64,000 nt of DNA, from NCBI RefSeq assembly GCF_006345805.1, contig NC_043013.1, forward strand, positions 38,378,001-38,442,000, in the 5' to 3' direction. A program made the position numbers and the translations under genes. Origin of the DNA: Octopus sinensis. Its lineage: Eukaryota. This document shows positions 27,011 through 40,714 of the stretch, in pieces. Position 1 is the stretch's first letter. Each line of letters opens with the position of its first letter. Below the pieces are notes generated by a model, which saw nothing but the letters and a program-made list of their open reading frames with translations, was not told the DNA's origin and did not search any database.

Positions 27011-27339
27011 CTTATATATAAGTCTATCTTTCCCTCCCTCACGTTCACAGTATAGGAGTAGCTGCAATATTTCTAAACAGTACATTGTGTCCCATTGGTA
27101 AGACACCAAGCAATTTGCTCCTGCCAAATATCGTTCTAGCACATCTTATTCGAAGATTCAAAACTGCTAGGGATTGGTTGTTAGTGTTGATCATAACCAG
27201 CTTGATCATCTTGCATTACAGACATACACATATACGAATACATATATTATTTAATAAATATCTGTATTCTTATCCCTTCATATCAATGCTTGTCTTACCG
27301 TCACTTCATGAACGCTGACATTTCGGCAGCTTATATCAC

Positions 27340-27900
27340 CCTTCACTATTGCCTCAATCCTGTTCATTTGGAAGCATCAATTGCATGCAACCTAAACAGA
27401 CTGCGCTAAATCCGTAGTCATTAGATTTACATCTTGTGGAAACATGTTTATCTTGCCTACTTCGAAACCAGGAAGACACAATCACAATACTGTATATTCA
27501 CCTAAACACGATCAGTACGCCATTAAAAATCGTTTTTTGTTGATAAGGATATTTCGCGTTCTGCGAACGAACACCATCAAATTGCAATGGCTGCGTCGCA
27601 AAACTTTTCTTCTTCGAATCTTCAAAAAGATTCATCATCTGCCTACATAAGTCCTGACAGTTCTATTAGCAAGCAACACCCTAATCATATTCCCTGCAAT
27701 GGCTATATACACAGATATCCTACACTTCCGATTGATTGTCTTGGTGTCGCTCACAAACAATATAAACTTATCTTTCCCCCAAACATACTCTATCCATTTT
27801 CTACCTATTGTATTATCCTCAAACATTTCCCACTCACTGCTCCCCTAACTCACGACATCCGCTTTCTATCCAATAAACAGAATCCGCTTTAGACTCTACA
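27340..27900 (-). pseudogene. Very old LINE reverse-transcriptase fragment
   Basis: Weak minus-strand motifs SEWEMFE and SGLM*ADD (YADD-like). Confidence 0.35.
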
Positions 27901-28282
27901 CTAAATCCTTTCTTCATAAGAGCTTGGAACCCACAGATTTCTCTCATTACATATGGTTTTGTTACAGACGTTTGATTTGCAGGCATACAAGAAGAATATT
28001 AACTGTACCGGTCTCAACTGTATACAAGAAATATTAACTGGTATCGGTGGGCGCGAGGTAGTCCGGAGCACAGCAAGTACTTCCATAGATATAATTATAT
28101 GTATATAAATAAATATATAAACATGCACGTATATGTGTGTGTCTCTGTGTGCGTGCGCGCGCGTCTGTATGTATGTATACATGTATATATGTATATATAT
28201 ATATGTATTTATATATATGTGTGTGTATGTAAGTATATATATGTGTGTATGTATGTATATATATATATAATGTAAATATGTA

Positions 28283-29617
28283 TGTATTGTACATGCGGTG
28301 CATTTTAAGGCCTTATACAAAGGTCTGAGTGTTCAGCTTTGTCAGTATAGTCTGCAGCTGTCTTGCCGTTACAGAGATGAGTAGAATGGCATCTGTTAAA
28401 TAGAGGTGTATCAGTTGTTCGCCTTTGATGTTCATGCTACCTGTTCAGTCGATGCCTTTGTTGACTATTTCTAGGCATATGGTAAACAGCTTTGGAAAGA
28501 AGGTTGACACGCTTTTGAATTGGGATCCTTAATGATGGTAATAGCAGAGCTATATGTGTTGGCATCACCCGTTCGCATATCTTCTGAGCAGTTTGATGTA
28601 TTGCACCTCGACACCTTGCATTTCAAGGGAGTCCAATACCGTGTTCATCTCGATGCTGTCGAAGTGCCTAGGTTATCAACGAAAACGAATCATTGAGGAA
28701 GCTTGTATTCGTTTGCACGTTCTATGGACTATGTTAGAGTGAATGCGCTATCTCATTTCTTTTTCTGCCCACAAGAGGCTACACACTGAGGGAGCTACAC
28801 ACAACGACAGACAAACGGATTAAGTCGATTATATCGACCCCAGTGAGTAACTGGTACTTATTTAATCGACCCCGAAAGGATGAAAGGCAAAGTCGACCTC
28901 GGTGGAATTTGAACTCAGAACGTAGCGGCAGTCGAAATACCGCTAAGCTTTTCGCCCGGCGTGGTAACGTTTCTGCCAACTCGCCGCCTTCTGTAATACT
29001 TATTGACGCCTGCTTACTCTCTCTGATGTGGGTCGTCAAATTGTTTCGATAGCACAAGGAAAGCGATGAAAGAAGTACGTATAGTTTGGGCACATAATGA
29101 ATATGCACCGAGATATGGATTTAAACAGAATAATGGCTTGATGCAAGGTATTTAACTTCATGAAGAGTGAGCTCCAAAGAAAGCCAAACAATATTATACG
29201 TAACATACTCTTCAAAAGTTTCGTCCTACGTTCAGTCTTATACGAAGTGGATAGAATGTCAATTGGATACGGCAAAAACAACTATGGAAAGATCATTGCT
29301 AGAAACAGCATTAATAGAGCACATTCGAAATGAGATTATTCGAGAAGTGGGCGGAGTAACGATGTGGTCGCAGAGTACCGAAAGCGAAAGCCCCGCCGGG
29401 CTGGACATGTCGCAAGGCTAACAGATAACAGGTGAACCCATGCAGTTGACGAGTTGTATGAAAGAGATCGGAGAAGCCAACTTAGAAAGCTCCACGACGA
29501 TGGAAAGGCGATTTAGAGAAGCAAGTTCGGTTCAGATGGAAACGAATGACGTAACTGAGACAGAATTGAAAGCTCATTTTATACAACAGCGACTGATGGT
29601 CTGGTCGATAGTGTGAT
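28283..29617. mobile_element. RTE-clade LINE relic with an inverted 5' segment (minus 28283-29050, plus 29050-29617)
   Basis: Minus: QFDD..RE*AG..FTLT..IERANEYKLP..FVD..FDSIEMN..QGVE..GEQLIHL..LQT.L..GLKMHR. Plus: KYV*FG..LFKS.VL..MERSLL..HIRNEIIRE..AGHVARLTDNR*T. Confidence 0.85.
28755..28990 (-). mobile_element. SINE family B inserted into the RTE relic
   Basis: Reverse complement of 17543-17777. Confidence 0.92.
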
Positions 29618-29643
29618 ACTGCGGGCACACATACACACACACA

Positions 29644-29722
<79 letters not shown>

Positions 29723-30306
29723 TACGTAGATATATACATATGTATATGTACAAACACACAGACACATTGACATACACACACACACACATATATGTAATTA
29801 CCAAACGCCGGCAGCTGAGTTATAAATCTTCCGCTTTGAATTAAGTAATAAATTGAAAATACAAGGGGGGGCACAGAACCAGTATTTTCCTGTATAGCAA
29901 CATCTTCATGGCGCTCTTCAGATATCTATTTACAAGGGGAGGTAACGGGTGAAGACAGATATTACGTAATAAAACAACGCTAAATGGATGACGACTCTGA
30001 ACTGGAATATCAACAACGATGTGGGTATTAAATTAATTTTCTTTCTGTTTCTGTGTGTACGCTCGAACGCTGAGGGTTTAATAGAATGTAACGAAGGGTA
30101 GTCGAGTCTTCAAGGTTCCCTTGACCTCCTGCTAAATGATTAATGATATTTTTAGAGGTCAGTAATTACATCACGTTGTATATATTTGAGTGTATATAAC
30201 TACATATGTATATGAGTATGTGTCTCTAAATGTGTATACATATATACGTATGTATATATTTACGTATATGCTCACACACACTCGGACGTATATATATATA
30301 TATATA

Positions 30307-30354
<48 letters not shown>

Positions 30355-31379
30355 CAACGTTTTTGAAAGTGACATCTTTATCATATGCCAATGCTTTCGC
30401 TTTGTTTTATAAAGCATGTCATGTTTTTATGTTCTTGCGTTTCATCCAAAGAAGTCATTAGTGTATAAAATTATTGTTTAAAGGGTATTATTTATCTACT
30501 TTTAATTTTTATAATTTAATTATTTATTTGTAATTTCTTTTTTTTCTTTGCTTAAATTTAAATCCTTTAATAGTTCTGCCTCCTTGGAGGTTAGATAAGC
30601 TTCATTTGAGTTCAAATGTAGGTGGAAGAGGGAGGGTTTAACTTCACTGACTTTTAGTTTTTATTTTTTAAATTTATAATGATATAATAGCGAAGCGAAA
30701 TGCTGAACATGGAGAATAAACGGGTTAATTTAAACTTTATGTGGAAATAACAAATTGAAATTGCAACGGCAACTGTAAATTAGTTTATAATTAAAACTGC
30801 TTTAATTTTTATATTATTTAACCTTGCTCTCCACTCCCACCACATACAGACGCACAAAAAATGCAGAAAGAAAAGAAGTCGCAAAATCTATTCATGTACA
30901 AGCCGTCAACATTAAAATACACTGTGTATCAAATTTAAATGATGCTTTATAAAGTATGTAATGTAGGGCTAGAAGTACAATCTATGTGTACACTGTTAGG
31001 TATAGTCTTTTGTGCTATGATTACGCAAGGAATGATTTCAAAATTGTGAATAGATTTAGATGAACACAAAAGGAAAATGATTAAACGTATATTTATGTCT
31101 AAGGTCATAATATCAAACAGGCATCAGCAATAAAGTTTTTTTGATTTAGGCACTTGGCCAACAAGGTTTGAGAGAGGGTTAGTAAATGCGATCTAAAATA
31201 TCATTTAACTGTTGCTTCATTTTCTCGACCTCCGAGGGGTAAAAATGTCAGTGTTGACCTCTTCATTATATGAACACGCAATATAGTGAAGTTGAACAAA
31301 TAGCGCGAAGAATACACTGTCAGATCATTTAGAATTAGTGAAGGTATCAAACAAATAATTCAGCGTGTCAATATTTTGA

Positions 31380-31690
31380 TGGTGTTATTCTGCCGAAGTT
31401 GACCTTGCCTTTCATCCTTTCGGGTCGATAAAATAAGTACCATTTGAAGGGTGGGGTTGATGTAATCGACTTACCAGCTCTCCCGAAATTGCTGGCTTTG
31501 TGCCGAAATTTGAAAATAATATTTTTCACTCTGTTAAGTTTAGGAGCGTGCGGAATCGTTACCGCGCTGGACAAAATGCTTAGTGGCATTTCTTCCGGCT
31601 CTGTACGTTGTGAGTTCAAATGCCATTGGGCTCGGTCTCATCTTTCACCGTTTCAGGCTCGATAAATTAAGTGCTATTGTGACGGAGGTA
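31380..31690 (+). mobile_element. Two degraded family B SINE fragments
   Basis: GCCTTTCATCCTTTCGGGTCGATAAAATAAGTACCA core, then a second head GGAATCGTTACCGCGCTGGACAAAATGCTTAG. Confidence 0.7.
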
Positions 31691-31701
31691 AATCGAAATT
31701 A

Positions 31702-32030
31702 GTGGAGGTCTTCTACGTTGGCTTTTCCGATCTCTTTGATAGCACTCGTCAACTGCATGGGTTCACCTGTTAGCCTTGAACCTCGCGACATGTCCAGCAC
31801 GGCGGGGCTTTCGCTTTCGGTACTCTGCGACCACATCGTTACTCCGCCCACTTCTCGAATAATCTCATTTCGAATGTGCTCTATTAATGCTGTTTCTAGC
31901 AATGATCTTTCCGTGGCTCTTTGCGACATAGTCAATTGACGTTCTATCCTCTGCGTATAAGAACGAACGTAGGACGGAACTTTTGAAGAGTCTGGTTCGC
32001 ATGGTATTGTTTGGCTTCATTTGGCGCTCA
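31702..32030 (-). mobile_element. RTE LINE fragment, inverted partner of 29170-29500
   Basis: ERSLLETALIEHIRNEIIREVGGVT shared exactly with the plus-strand copy. Confidence 0.9.
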
Positions 32031-32680
32031 CACTTTACGAATTTGCTGACCTTGTATCTAAACTTGAAACCAATATATTTGATGTTGTTGTTACTCTTTA
32101 ATCCCAGATCAGCCTTGGTCATAGTGGTTTCTTCAACATTGCAAACTAATTTGTCCAGCCTATCGTTTATTTCTCATTTAAGTAATTTTTTTCTGCTATT
32201 TCTAGCTGGTCGAATGAACGAGTAGATGTCTCATCACCAGTCCGTCGGCAATGTCGCTTTTTTATGTAAGTACGCGGCTACAGATTTGATCGATATATAG
32301 AGTAAAATTGATTATTTCTTGGTAGATACGTGATATGCATTGGTTTGTAATATATATACATGTTAAAATACTTTTAGAACTATAGCAGACATAAAATAGA
32401 TTGCATCACCAACAGTAGCTGTCAGCCAGCAATTTAATCGGACAAGTTGTGGTGAAGTGCATTCATGTTCATTTTCGCTGCATCCCTCTTTAGCTTAGAT
32501 TATTCAAACCACTATTAACTGACGTTCCAATACTGATCGTCTTTACTGTTTGTGTACCGACGTCTTAAAAAATATAGCGGTTGAATGATAGAATCAAATA
32601 TTTTATGTTAACTAGGTTAACTTTGCATTTGAGCCATTCGTTGATAAAACAGTGTAGCAATGGCGCACACACAGACGCCC

Positions 32681-32738
<58 letters not shown>

Positions 32739-33686
32739 TATATATATATATACATGTGGTGTGTGTGTGTTGTTGTTGTATCTATGCTCACATCCACACA
32801 CACACACAAACACTCACGCGTGCAAAACCCCATACACACATATAAATAATATGGGGGAGGGGGGCTAATTCGTAATTTTACAACATACAGGCAGAAATAT
32901 ACACATCACTACAGTGAAGAAAGACGCGGTGTGAGCGTCCGATGAGCATTAAGATGCATTAAGCTTCAAAATGCGAAGTTATGCTTGATCTGGCTATATC
33001 TGTAACCGTAGAGAGATTGTCTCTCTTTTCAGTTCAGTAAGATAGTGCTTCTATGGCTATTGAGTTGCTTTGGCTATTATTTCTAGCAATACTGGTGGTG
33101 ATTAGTGTCCTTTCTTCTCTTTCGGGACGTATATGCATATATATGCTCATATATATGATGTATTCGAGTGTGATTACTGTGAATTTCGATTCATGTCTTC
33201 CTATAGTATGACACCTAAATATGGGCTTTCGCCTTTCAAGAATTTGATAAATGTAACGTTTGTTCCCATCGACATCAGAGAAGCTTTTGATACTAACTTG
33301 CATGCAAATATCCTATGAAAATCACCTGGGCTCCACACGTTTCTCATCTGTTGAATCGTTAGCTCTCTATTACATGGTATTATCAAGGCTTGTTTTGACA
33401 GAGCACTTTCCATTTTTCATCCTACCACAGCTAGCATGTTCTGGGATTCCATTTTTATCCCCCATTCTTTTTAAGCATCAACGACTTGTTTACTGAAACA
33501 TTTCTCTATTACTGAAACCCCCTCTATTATGCCGATGACACTTGAAATTTTTCCCTAATCTTCTCGAACCATGCTTCATTAATATTCAGCTTCGACGTCA
33601 AACATTAAACCAGCACTGATTCCATAATCTGAAGCCTCGAAAGCACCCACATTCTTATGTATCAGAAACCGGAAAACAGAAACCCT

Positions 33687-33737
<51 letters not shown>

Positions 33738-34395
33738 TATTTTCTCACCAGAACCCGCTTAACCACGAGCAATATACCATTAGATCTCTCAAACTTGCTC
33801 CAGATCGATATGTGTTACTATTGCACATGCTTAACGTATCTGGGGCTACATACTAATGACTAGCAATTTTCTCCGTGCGTAGAAACTAAATGAGACTTCA
33901 GCAACAACTGATAGCCTACCAACTTATGGTGCAGTCTACATATTATTGCTCACAGATGTCGACCAGAAACAGATGCTCACACTATTGCTCACAGATGTCG
34001 AACACAATTGGACAACCGACAGACCGGCAATCACAGCCGGGCTCTAGCCTCCGAGCGCAAACACAAGGTCTGTTCTCGCGGACTTATCTCGTTGTTTGAC
34101 AGTGACCTCAGCTACTCACACTTTACGAGTTTCTGTTAACTGGATGTGACAGGAAGCTCAACATTCTCAATATACACTCCACTCTTTCACTCATCTCTTT
34201 GTTGTCTTCATTCTCCAAATTCCAGCACTAATGTCTACGCTCAGTTCTCATAAGTTTTCTGGAATTCGCTCCACAGGAGTATTCAATTTTTTTTTCCGGC
34301 AGCTGTTGAGTAGCAAAGTTTTAAGAAGATCAATAATACCATCAATGGTATTGACTTTTCGAGGACTGCAGAAGTCACGAACACACAAATGTGCG

Positions 34396-34517
<122 letters not shown>

Positions 34518-34536
34518 CCTAGTTATAAATCAATCA

Positions 34537-34631
<95 letters not shown>

Positions 34632-35707
34632 CATGTAAACAGATAGGCGCAAGATACTACCATAAACGAAACATGTGACAAAGAGTGCCAAGACACCTAC
34701 ATTACTAGAAATATGAGTAAAATACTCCTTCTGCTGTAGGAAATGTGCAAATGTATGCAAATACGATGAAAGGGGAAGAAACCACCCATGACCGAGTCGA
34801 GGATCTCTGAAACTAGAGTTCTAGTTTCACGTATTTCCTTGGGCTTCGCCTGTGATAGACACCCAACCAGCTGGAGTCGGCTAATTCCGCCAGTCAGCAT
34901 ATATGTATTTACCATGAAAATCTATGGAAGGCTTAGCGGAAAGCGAATGCATGTACAAAAAATTAATATATACAGCTAGGTGCAATATAATATCATAAAA
35001 GAAAAATTCAATCGTCACTAAATGTGACTAAGGGAGTCGAGACACCTACATTGCTAGAAAACAGTAGTAAAATACTATGTGTATGTACATACTCTAATAT
35101 ATATATATCTGTGTATTTCCGGGCGGAATGACCCAAAATGCATGGAAAAAAATTCTGTTATACACACATCAAAATTTACGCTCCCACTCGCCCTCTAACT
35201 ATTACCACAAATTCTTATACATACAGATGTATGTGCGTGTACGCGTGTATATGGAAAAATATATATCTATAGATATGAATATATATATAGATATATTATA
35301 TACACGAATAATTTGATATACGTGTGTCTTTGTAGACAGTGTGACATCAAAGGGTTAAGGCATAATCGTAATTCGATCAATTTTTTTTCTCTTTCCTTTG
35401 TTTACTCGTATTAAATTCGGTTTTAGTTGACTTTTATCGAATCAGAACTAAGTTTACAGTGAAAGTGCTATCATTCTATTTCAGTAAATAAATAACAAAC
35501 TCGCCATTCAAATACTTTGTTGTTATTTTTTTTTTTACTACATGCAGAGTTGAATACATAAACGCGAATATACTTTTACATAGACGCATATACATCTAAA
35601 CCATAAATTTCTTGCTTTTTGAAGTATGTATTTAAATGCAAGGAAAATGTTCATTAGTTGTTTGTCTACGTGTGTAAATATTTGTCCACAGTAATGCATA
35701 TATCTTC

Positions 35708-35777
<70 letters not shown>

Positions 35778-35843
35778 ATATATATATATATATATATATC
35801 TATATATCTATCTATCTATCTATCTATCTATTTATCTATCTAT

Positions 35844-35889
<46 letters not shown>

Positions 35890-36056
35890 TGTGTGTATAT
35901 TTGTATATATATATATATATGTTTATATGTATATATCAATGTGAATGTATATCTATACATGTATATATATATATATATATTATATATAATATATATATTA
36001 TCCATGTGATATTTTGTTCGTATGTATCTATATATATGTTTATGTGTGTGTGTGCG

Positions 36057-36091
<35 letters not shown>

Positions 36092-36356
36092 TATATACAC
36101 ACACACATATATATGCATATTGTTTTTGTTCTTATTTTGGTTGCTTATCAATATTTATACAGGTTCTGAGTGTGTATGTGAGTGCATGCGTATCTGTATA
36201 TGTGCGTATATGCGTATATGTGATTTGTGTGTCAGTGCTAGAATGTTTATATATATATATATATAATGTATATATATATATATATATTAGAATACATGGG
36301 ACTGACAAATATACTAAAATTTTGTGTATATAAATATATGCCTATGTGTGTTATAT

Positions 36357-36404
<48 letters not shown>

Positions 36405-36425
36405 ATGTATGTATGTATATACATA

Positions 36426-36470
<45 letters not shown>

Positions 36471-36849
36471 ACCCGCATCTCACTACACATGTTGAATAAA
36501 GCAATGAAATGTTTCAAAGTAACAGCAGAATTATACGGCAATCTCAATGCGAACTACTACCCGTGCTTCTCCACTATCTCTCCCATAACCTCTTCATCAT
36601 CGTCGTCGTCATCAACAACAACAACGGCAACAACCAGAATACAATAACAGCAGCAACAGGTACGATGACGACTATAACTAAAACAAGAACAACAACTCCA
36701 ACAACAACCACACCAAAAAACAACTGTATTGTCAGCTTCATGAAAAACATTTCGTCGAATACTAGCTGTTCAACAGAACAATGAGGTAGGGTGGGTGGTT
36801 ATACAAAGACTACGGATATAAAAACAATGGACTCCAACGTCACCGTAGC

Positions 36850-36952
36850 AATGATAATAAGAATAATAATAATGATGATGATGATGATGATGATGATGAT
36901 AATAATGATAATAATAATAATAATTATAAAAATTATTATAAGAATAATGATG

Positions 36953-37008
<56 letters not shown>

Positions 37009-37170
37009 GATGATGATGATGATGAATATAATCGTCATTGTTATCATCCTCACCGTTATCATCATAATCATGATCATCACCACCATCATCATCATCGCTA
37101 ACACCACCACCACCACCACCATCATCATCATCGTAGTCATCGTCGTCGTCGTCGTCGTCATCATTGCCAT
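36850..37170 (+). repeat. (ATA/ATG)n followed by (ATC/ACC/GTC)n microsatellite
   Basis: Trinucleotide tracts that switch strand near 37028. Confidence 0.9.
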
Positions 37171-37586
37171 GAGCAGTAAAGCATTATTGTGTATTTGAGC
37201 TTGATATTTGTATATTTGAAATAGAGTACAGTACGTTTCATCAAGTACACATTATTCGAACATTCTAGAATTAATCCTACAATAAGTAGTTAAGTAAGCA
37301 GAAAAAAAAAAGAGTTAAAAGTGAAACAAAGAAAAAAAAAACAAAGTAAGGAGAAAAGAACAGATACAGAAATAAAATAACAAAAAATTAAATAAATAAA
37401 TAAATAAATGGTTTACTTCAAATCAACAAGATTTCTTCTCAGATTCTTGAAGTATTTCTGGAATCTTAAAATGAAATAGACTTTGAATCTTCGCGTGTGC
37501 GTGCGCTTTTTTTAAAACTATATATATCCATATATGCATACATAAATACATATATACACTGATGCATACGTAAATATATATTTGCA

Positions 37587-37629
<43 letters not shown>

Positions 37630-37651
37630 TGTATAAAGAAGAATATATAGT

Positions 37652-37690
<39 letters not shown>

Positions 37691-37800
37691 TACATAATAT
37701 ATTTTAATATTTTATATATTTATATATTATATATCTATATATATATATATATATATACATATTAATATATATATATATAATATATTTATATATATATATA

Positions 37801-37849
<49 letters not shown>

Positions 37850-38461
37850 TATTTCTGCCTGTGTATGTGTATATGCTTACATGCATATATACAAACAAAA
37901 CTTTTATGTTATGTTGTTATGCAATATGTGTGTGTATATAACATCAATACAGGTAAATATATCTAACTTCACTCGCTCTCTGTATTATATACGAATTTAT
38001 GTATGTGTTCCTTTAGCTTACAACGTAGACAATGTTCAGAGCTACTTTACATTTACAAATACCTACGGCAGAGTAAATTATATTTCGATAAATCTTTCTA
38101 TTCATGCATGTGTGTTTTCTTTTATTAATTATTTGAATTCTTCCTACAAGGATGGATTGCTTTCTAACAAAGAAATAAATCTTTATAGGTGGAATTCCTA
38201 TAACAGAAATATAGGTGTTTTATTTTATTTATTTATTTATTTATTTTTTGAAATTTATAAGAGTCTTGAATATTTCCCCTTTTACGCTACGAAACTACAT
38301 TTGGCAAGTGCCTATATGCTGGCCACTTTCTGCCATGAGAACTCGAGCTTTTCGCAATTTGCTAATTCAGCCAAATGTAACGACACCATTATAGGTCAAA
38401 CTGTGTTACATCATTCAAAAAAAACTTTTTCTTCAAGTGAATATAGAGAAAATTTAACAGC

Positions 38462-38813
38462 TACATGATTCCGGGTTCAGTCTCACTGCGTGGCATCTTG
38501 GATATGTGTCTTCCACTGTAGCCTTGGGCCAACCAAAGCCTTGTGAGTGGATTTGGTAGGCGGAAACTGAAAGAAGCCCGTCGTGTATATATAGGCCTGT
38601 GTGTGTATGTGTCTGTATGTTTGTGTGCCTGTGTTTGTCCCCCCAACATCGCTTGACAAACAGTGCTGGTGTGTTTACGTCCCCGTAACTTAGCGGTTCA
38701 ACATAAGAGTAGGCTTATAAAGAATAAGTCCTGGGTTCGATTTGCACGACTAAAGGCGGTGCTTCAGCATGACCGCAGTCATATGACTGAAACAAGTACA
38801 AGAATAAAAGAAT
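38462..38813 (+). mobile_element. SINE family A, 5'-truncated
   Basis: Matches the 21292 copy from the B box to the tail. Confidence 0.9.
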
Positions 38814-38853
38814 ATATGTAAATAGATAGATATATGATATATATAGATATATA

Positions 38854-39054
38854 CCTATTTCTTTACTACCCACAAGGGGCTAAACACAGAGAGGACAAAC
38901 AAGGACAGAAAAAAGGGTTAAGTCGATTATATCAACACCAGTGCGTAACTGGTACTTAATTTATCGACCCCGAAAGGATGAAAGTCAAAGTCGACCTCGG
39001 CGGAATTTGAACTCAGAACGTAGCGGCAGACGAAATACTGCTAAGCATTTTGCC
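38854..39054 (-). mobile_element. SINE family B
   Basis: Reverse complement of 17543-17777, lacking the extreme 5' end. Confidence 0.9.
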
Positions 39055-39154
39055 TTCCATTGTATATAGATATATACCCTGTCACTTTGGGTTGAATCGG
39101 TGATGTCCAAGAAAATCTTTAAAACAGGAACCGTTATTTTAGAATATATGACAT

Positions 39155-39193
<39 letters not shown>

Positions 39194-39657
39194 ATATCAT
39201 TTTATTGTTTTTTGCCTTTTTATACAGGTTAACCTCGCACTGCAATATGACCTTCCGTTAAGAAGTCTATCTTTGGAAGGAAATTTGGCCACCAATTTTA
39301 GATAAGACATCAATGTATGGAACATGTACATCACTATACAGCGTTGCGTTTCGTATGCAACCGGAAAGAAAGCAATACTAGTCGAATTCATTTGTTGGTT
39401 TTATTGCACCGCCTCGATGAATATTTAGTCGAATGGATCGAACAAAAGACTTATTTTCCGCAAGCCTGCTACTGGTTTTATAGATCCCTTTGGCCGAACC
39501 ACAATTTTACAGGGACGTAAAGACACCAACACCGGTTGTCGAGCGGTGGTGGCGTACAAAGCAAATGCAAAGACACACCCATTCACACACACGCACACTC
39601 ACACACACACACACATATATATATATATAGACATATATGTATTTGTGTATACAGACA

Positions 39658-39708
<51 letters not shown>

Positions 39709-39752
39709 TTTGCTTTCTTAGACATGCAAAAAAGAAAGAAGAAGAAAGCAAC

Positions 39753-39795
39753 GACCACTGATGAGCTCACAAATGTGTGACGAAAACGTCTGGCC
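39753..39795 (+). ncRNA. Minimal type-I hammerhead ribozyme, copy 1
   Basis: Stem I GACCA/TGGCC, core CTGATGA, stem II G(C)TCACA/TGTGAC, GAAA, then ACGTC with predicted cleavage after C39790. Confidence 0.65.
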
Positions 39796-40060
39796 GAAAT
39801 ACAATTAATATAAAATGATGCTGAAGCATGTAAACACCAAATACATAGTGCGTGTGTTTTTTACCGTGGTAAACGGGCAACATGACCATCCTCAAAATCA
39901 ACAATATCTGTTTCAACACACGATTCACGTCAAGAATCTTGCAAAACGAATAAATATAAACATACAATATATATGTATGTATATGTATATATAATATAAT
40001 ATATATTATATATATATCCTTTGCTTTTTAGACATACAAAAAAGAAAGAAGAAAGCAAAA

Positions 40061-40103
40061 GACCACTGATGAGCTCACAAATGTGTGACGAAAACGTCTG
40101 GCC
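40061..40103 (+). ncRNA. Minimal type-I hammerhead ribozyme, copy 2
   Basis: Identical to 39753-39795. Confidence 0.65.
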
Positions 40104-40284
40104 GAAATACAATTAATATAAAATGATGCTGAAGCATGTAACACCAAATACATATGCGTGGTTTTTATCCGGGTAAACGGGCAACATGACCATCCTCAAA
40201 ATCAAAAATATCTGTTTCAACACACGAATTCACGTCAAGAATCTTGCAAACGAATAAATATAAACATACATATATATATGTATG

Positions 40285-40316
<32 letters not shown>

Positions 40317-40629
40317 ATAATATATACATATATATATATATGGATGTGTGTATTTTTTTCTGTTTACAATCAACACAGGAAAGCAATAAACAGTTAAAGG
40401 GCAGCAAAAATCACCCACGAAATAACAAGTACGTAAAACTCTGTTTGTAAAGCTAGAAACTTCCGACATACGTTTCCAACACAGCCGTGGTATTATTCAA
40501 AGGAATAAATGATGTAAAACGATTAATCTCATCAGGGAAAGAAAAAAAAAGATGTCAAAATCATCATAAGACATTTTAAACAGAATACTGTAAAATATCT
40601 GCATTAAATCTCTCCCCCCCTCTCTCTTC

Positions 40630-40714
<85 letters not shown>

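Larger units (their letters stand above)
39707..40300 (+). repeat. About 310-bp tandem duplication; each unit has a hammerhead motif
   Basis: Units start at 39707 and 40018; both contain GACCACTGATGAGCTCACAAATGTGTGACGAAAACGTCTGGCC. Confidence 0.9.

Noticed and set aside
37881-38468. 195-aa AT-rich ORF
   Set aside because: Composition typical of non-coding AT-rich DNA; no motifs.
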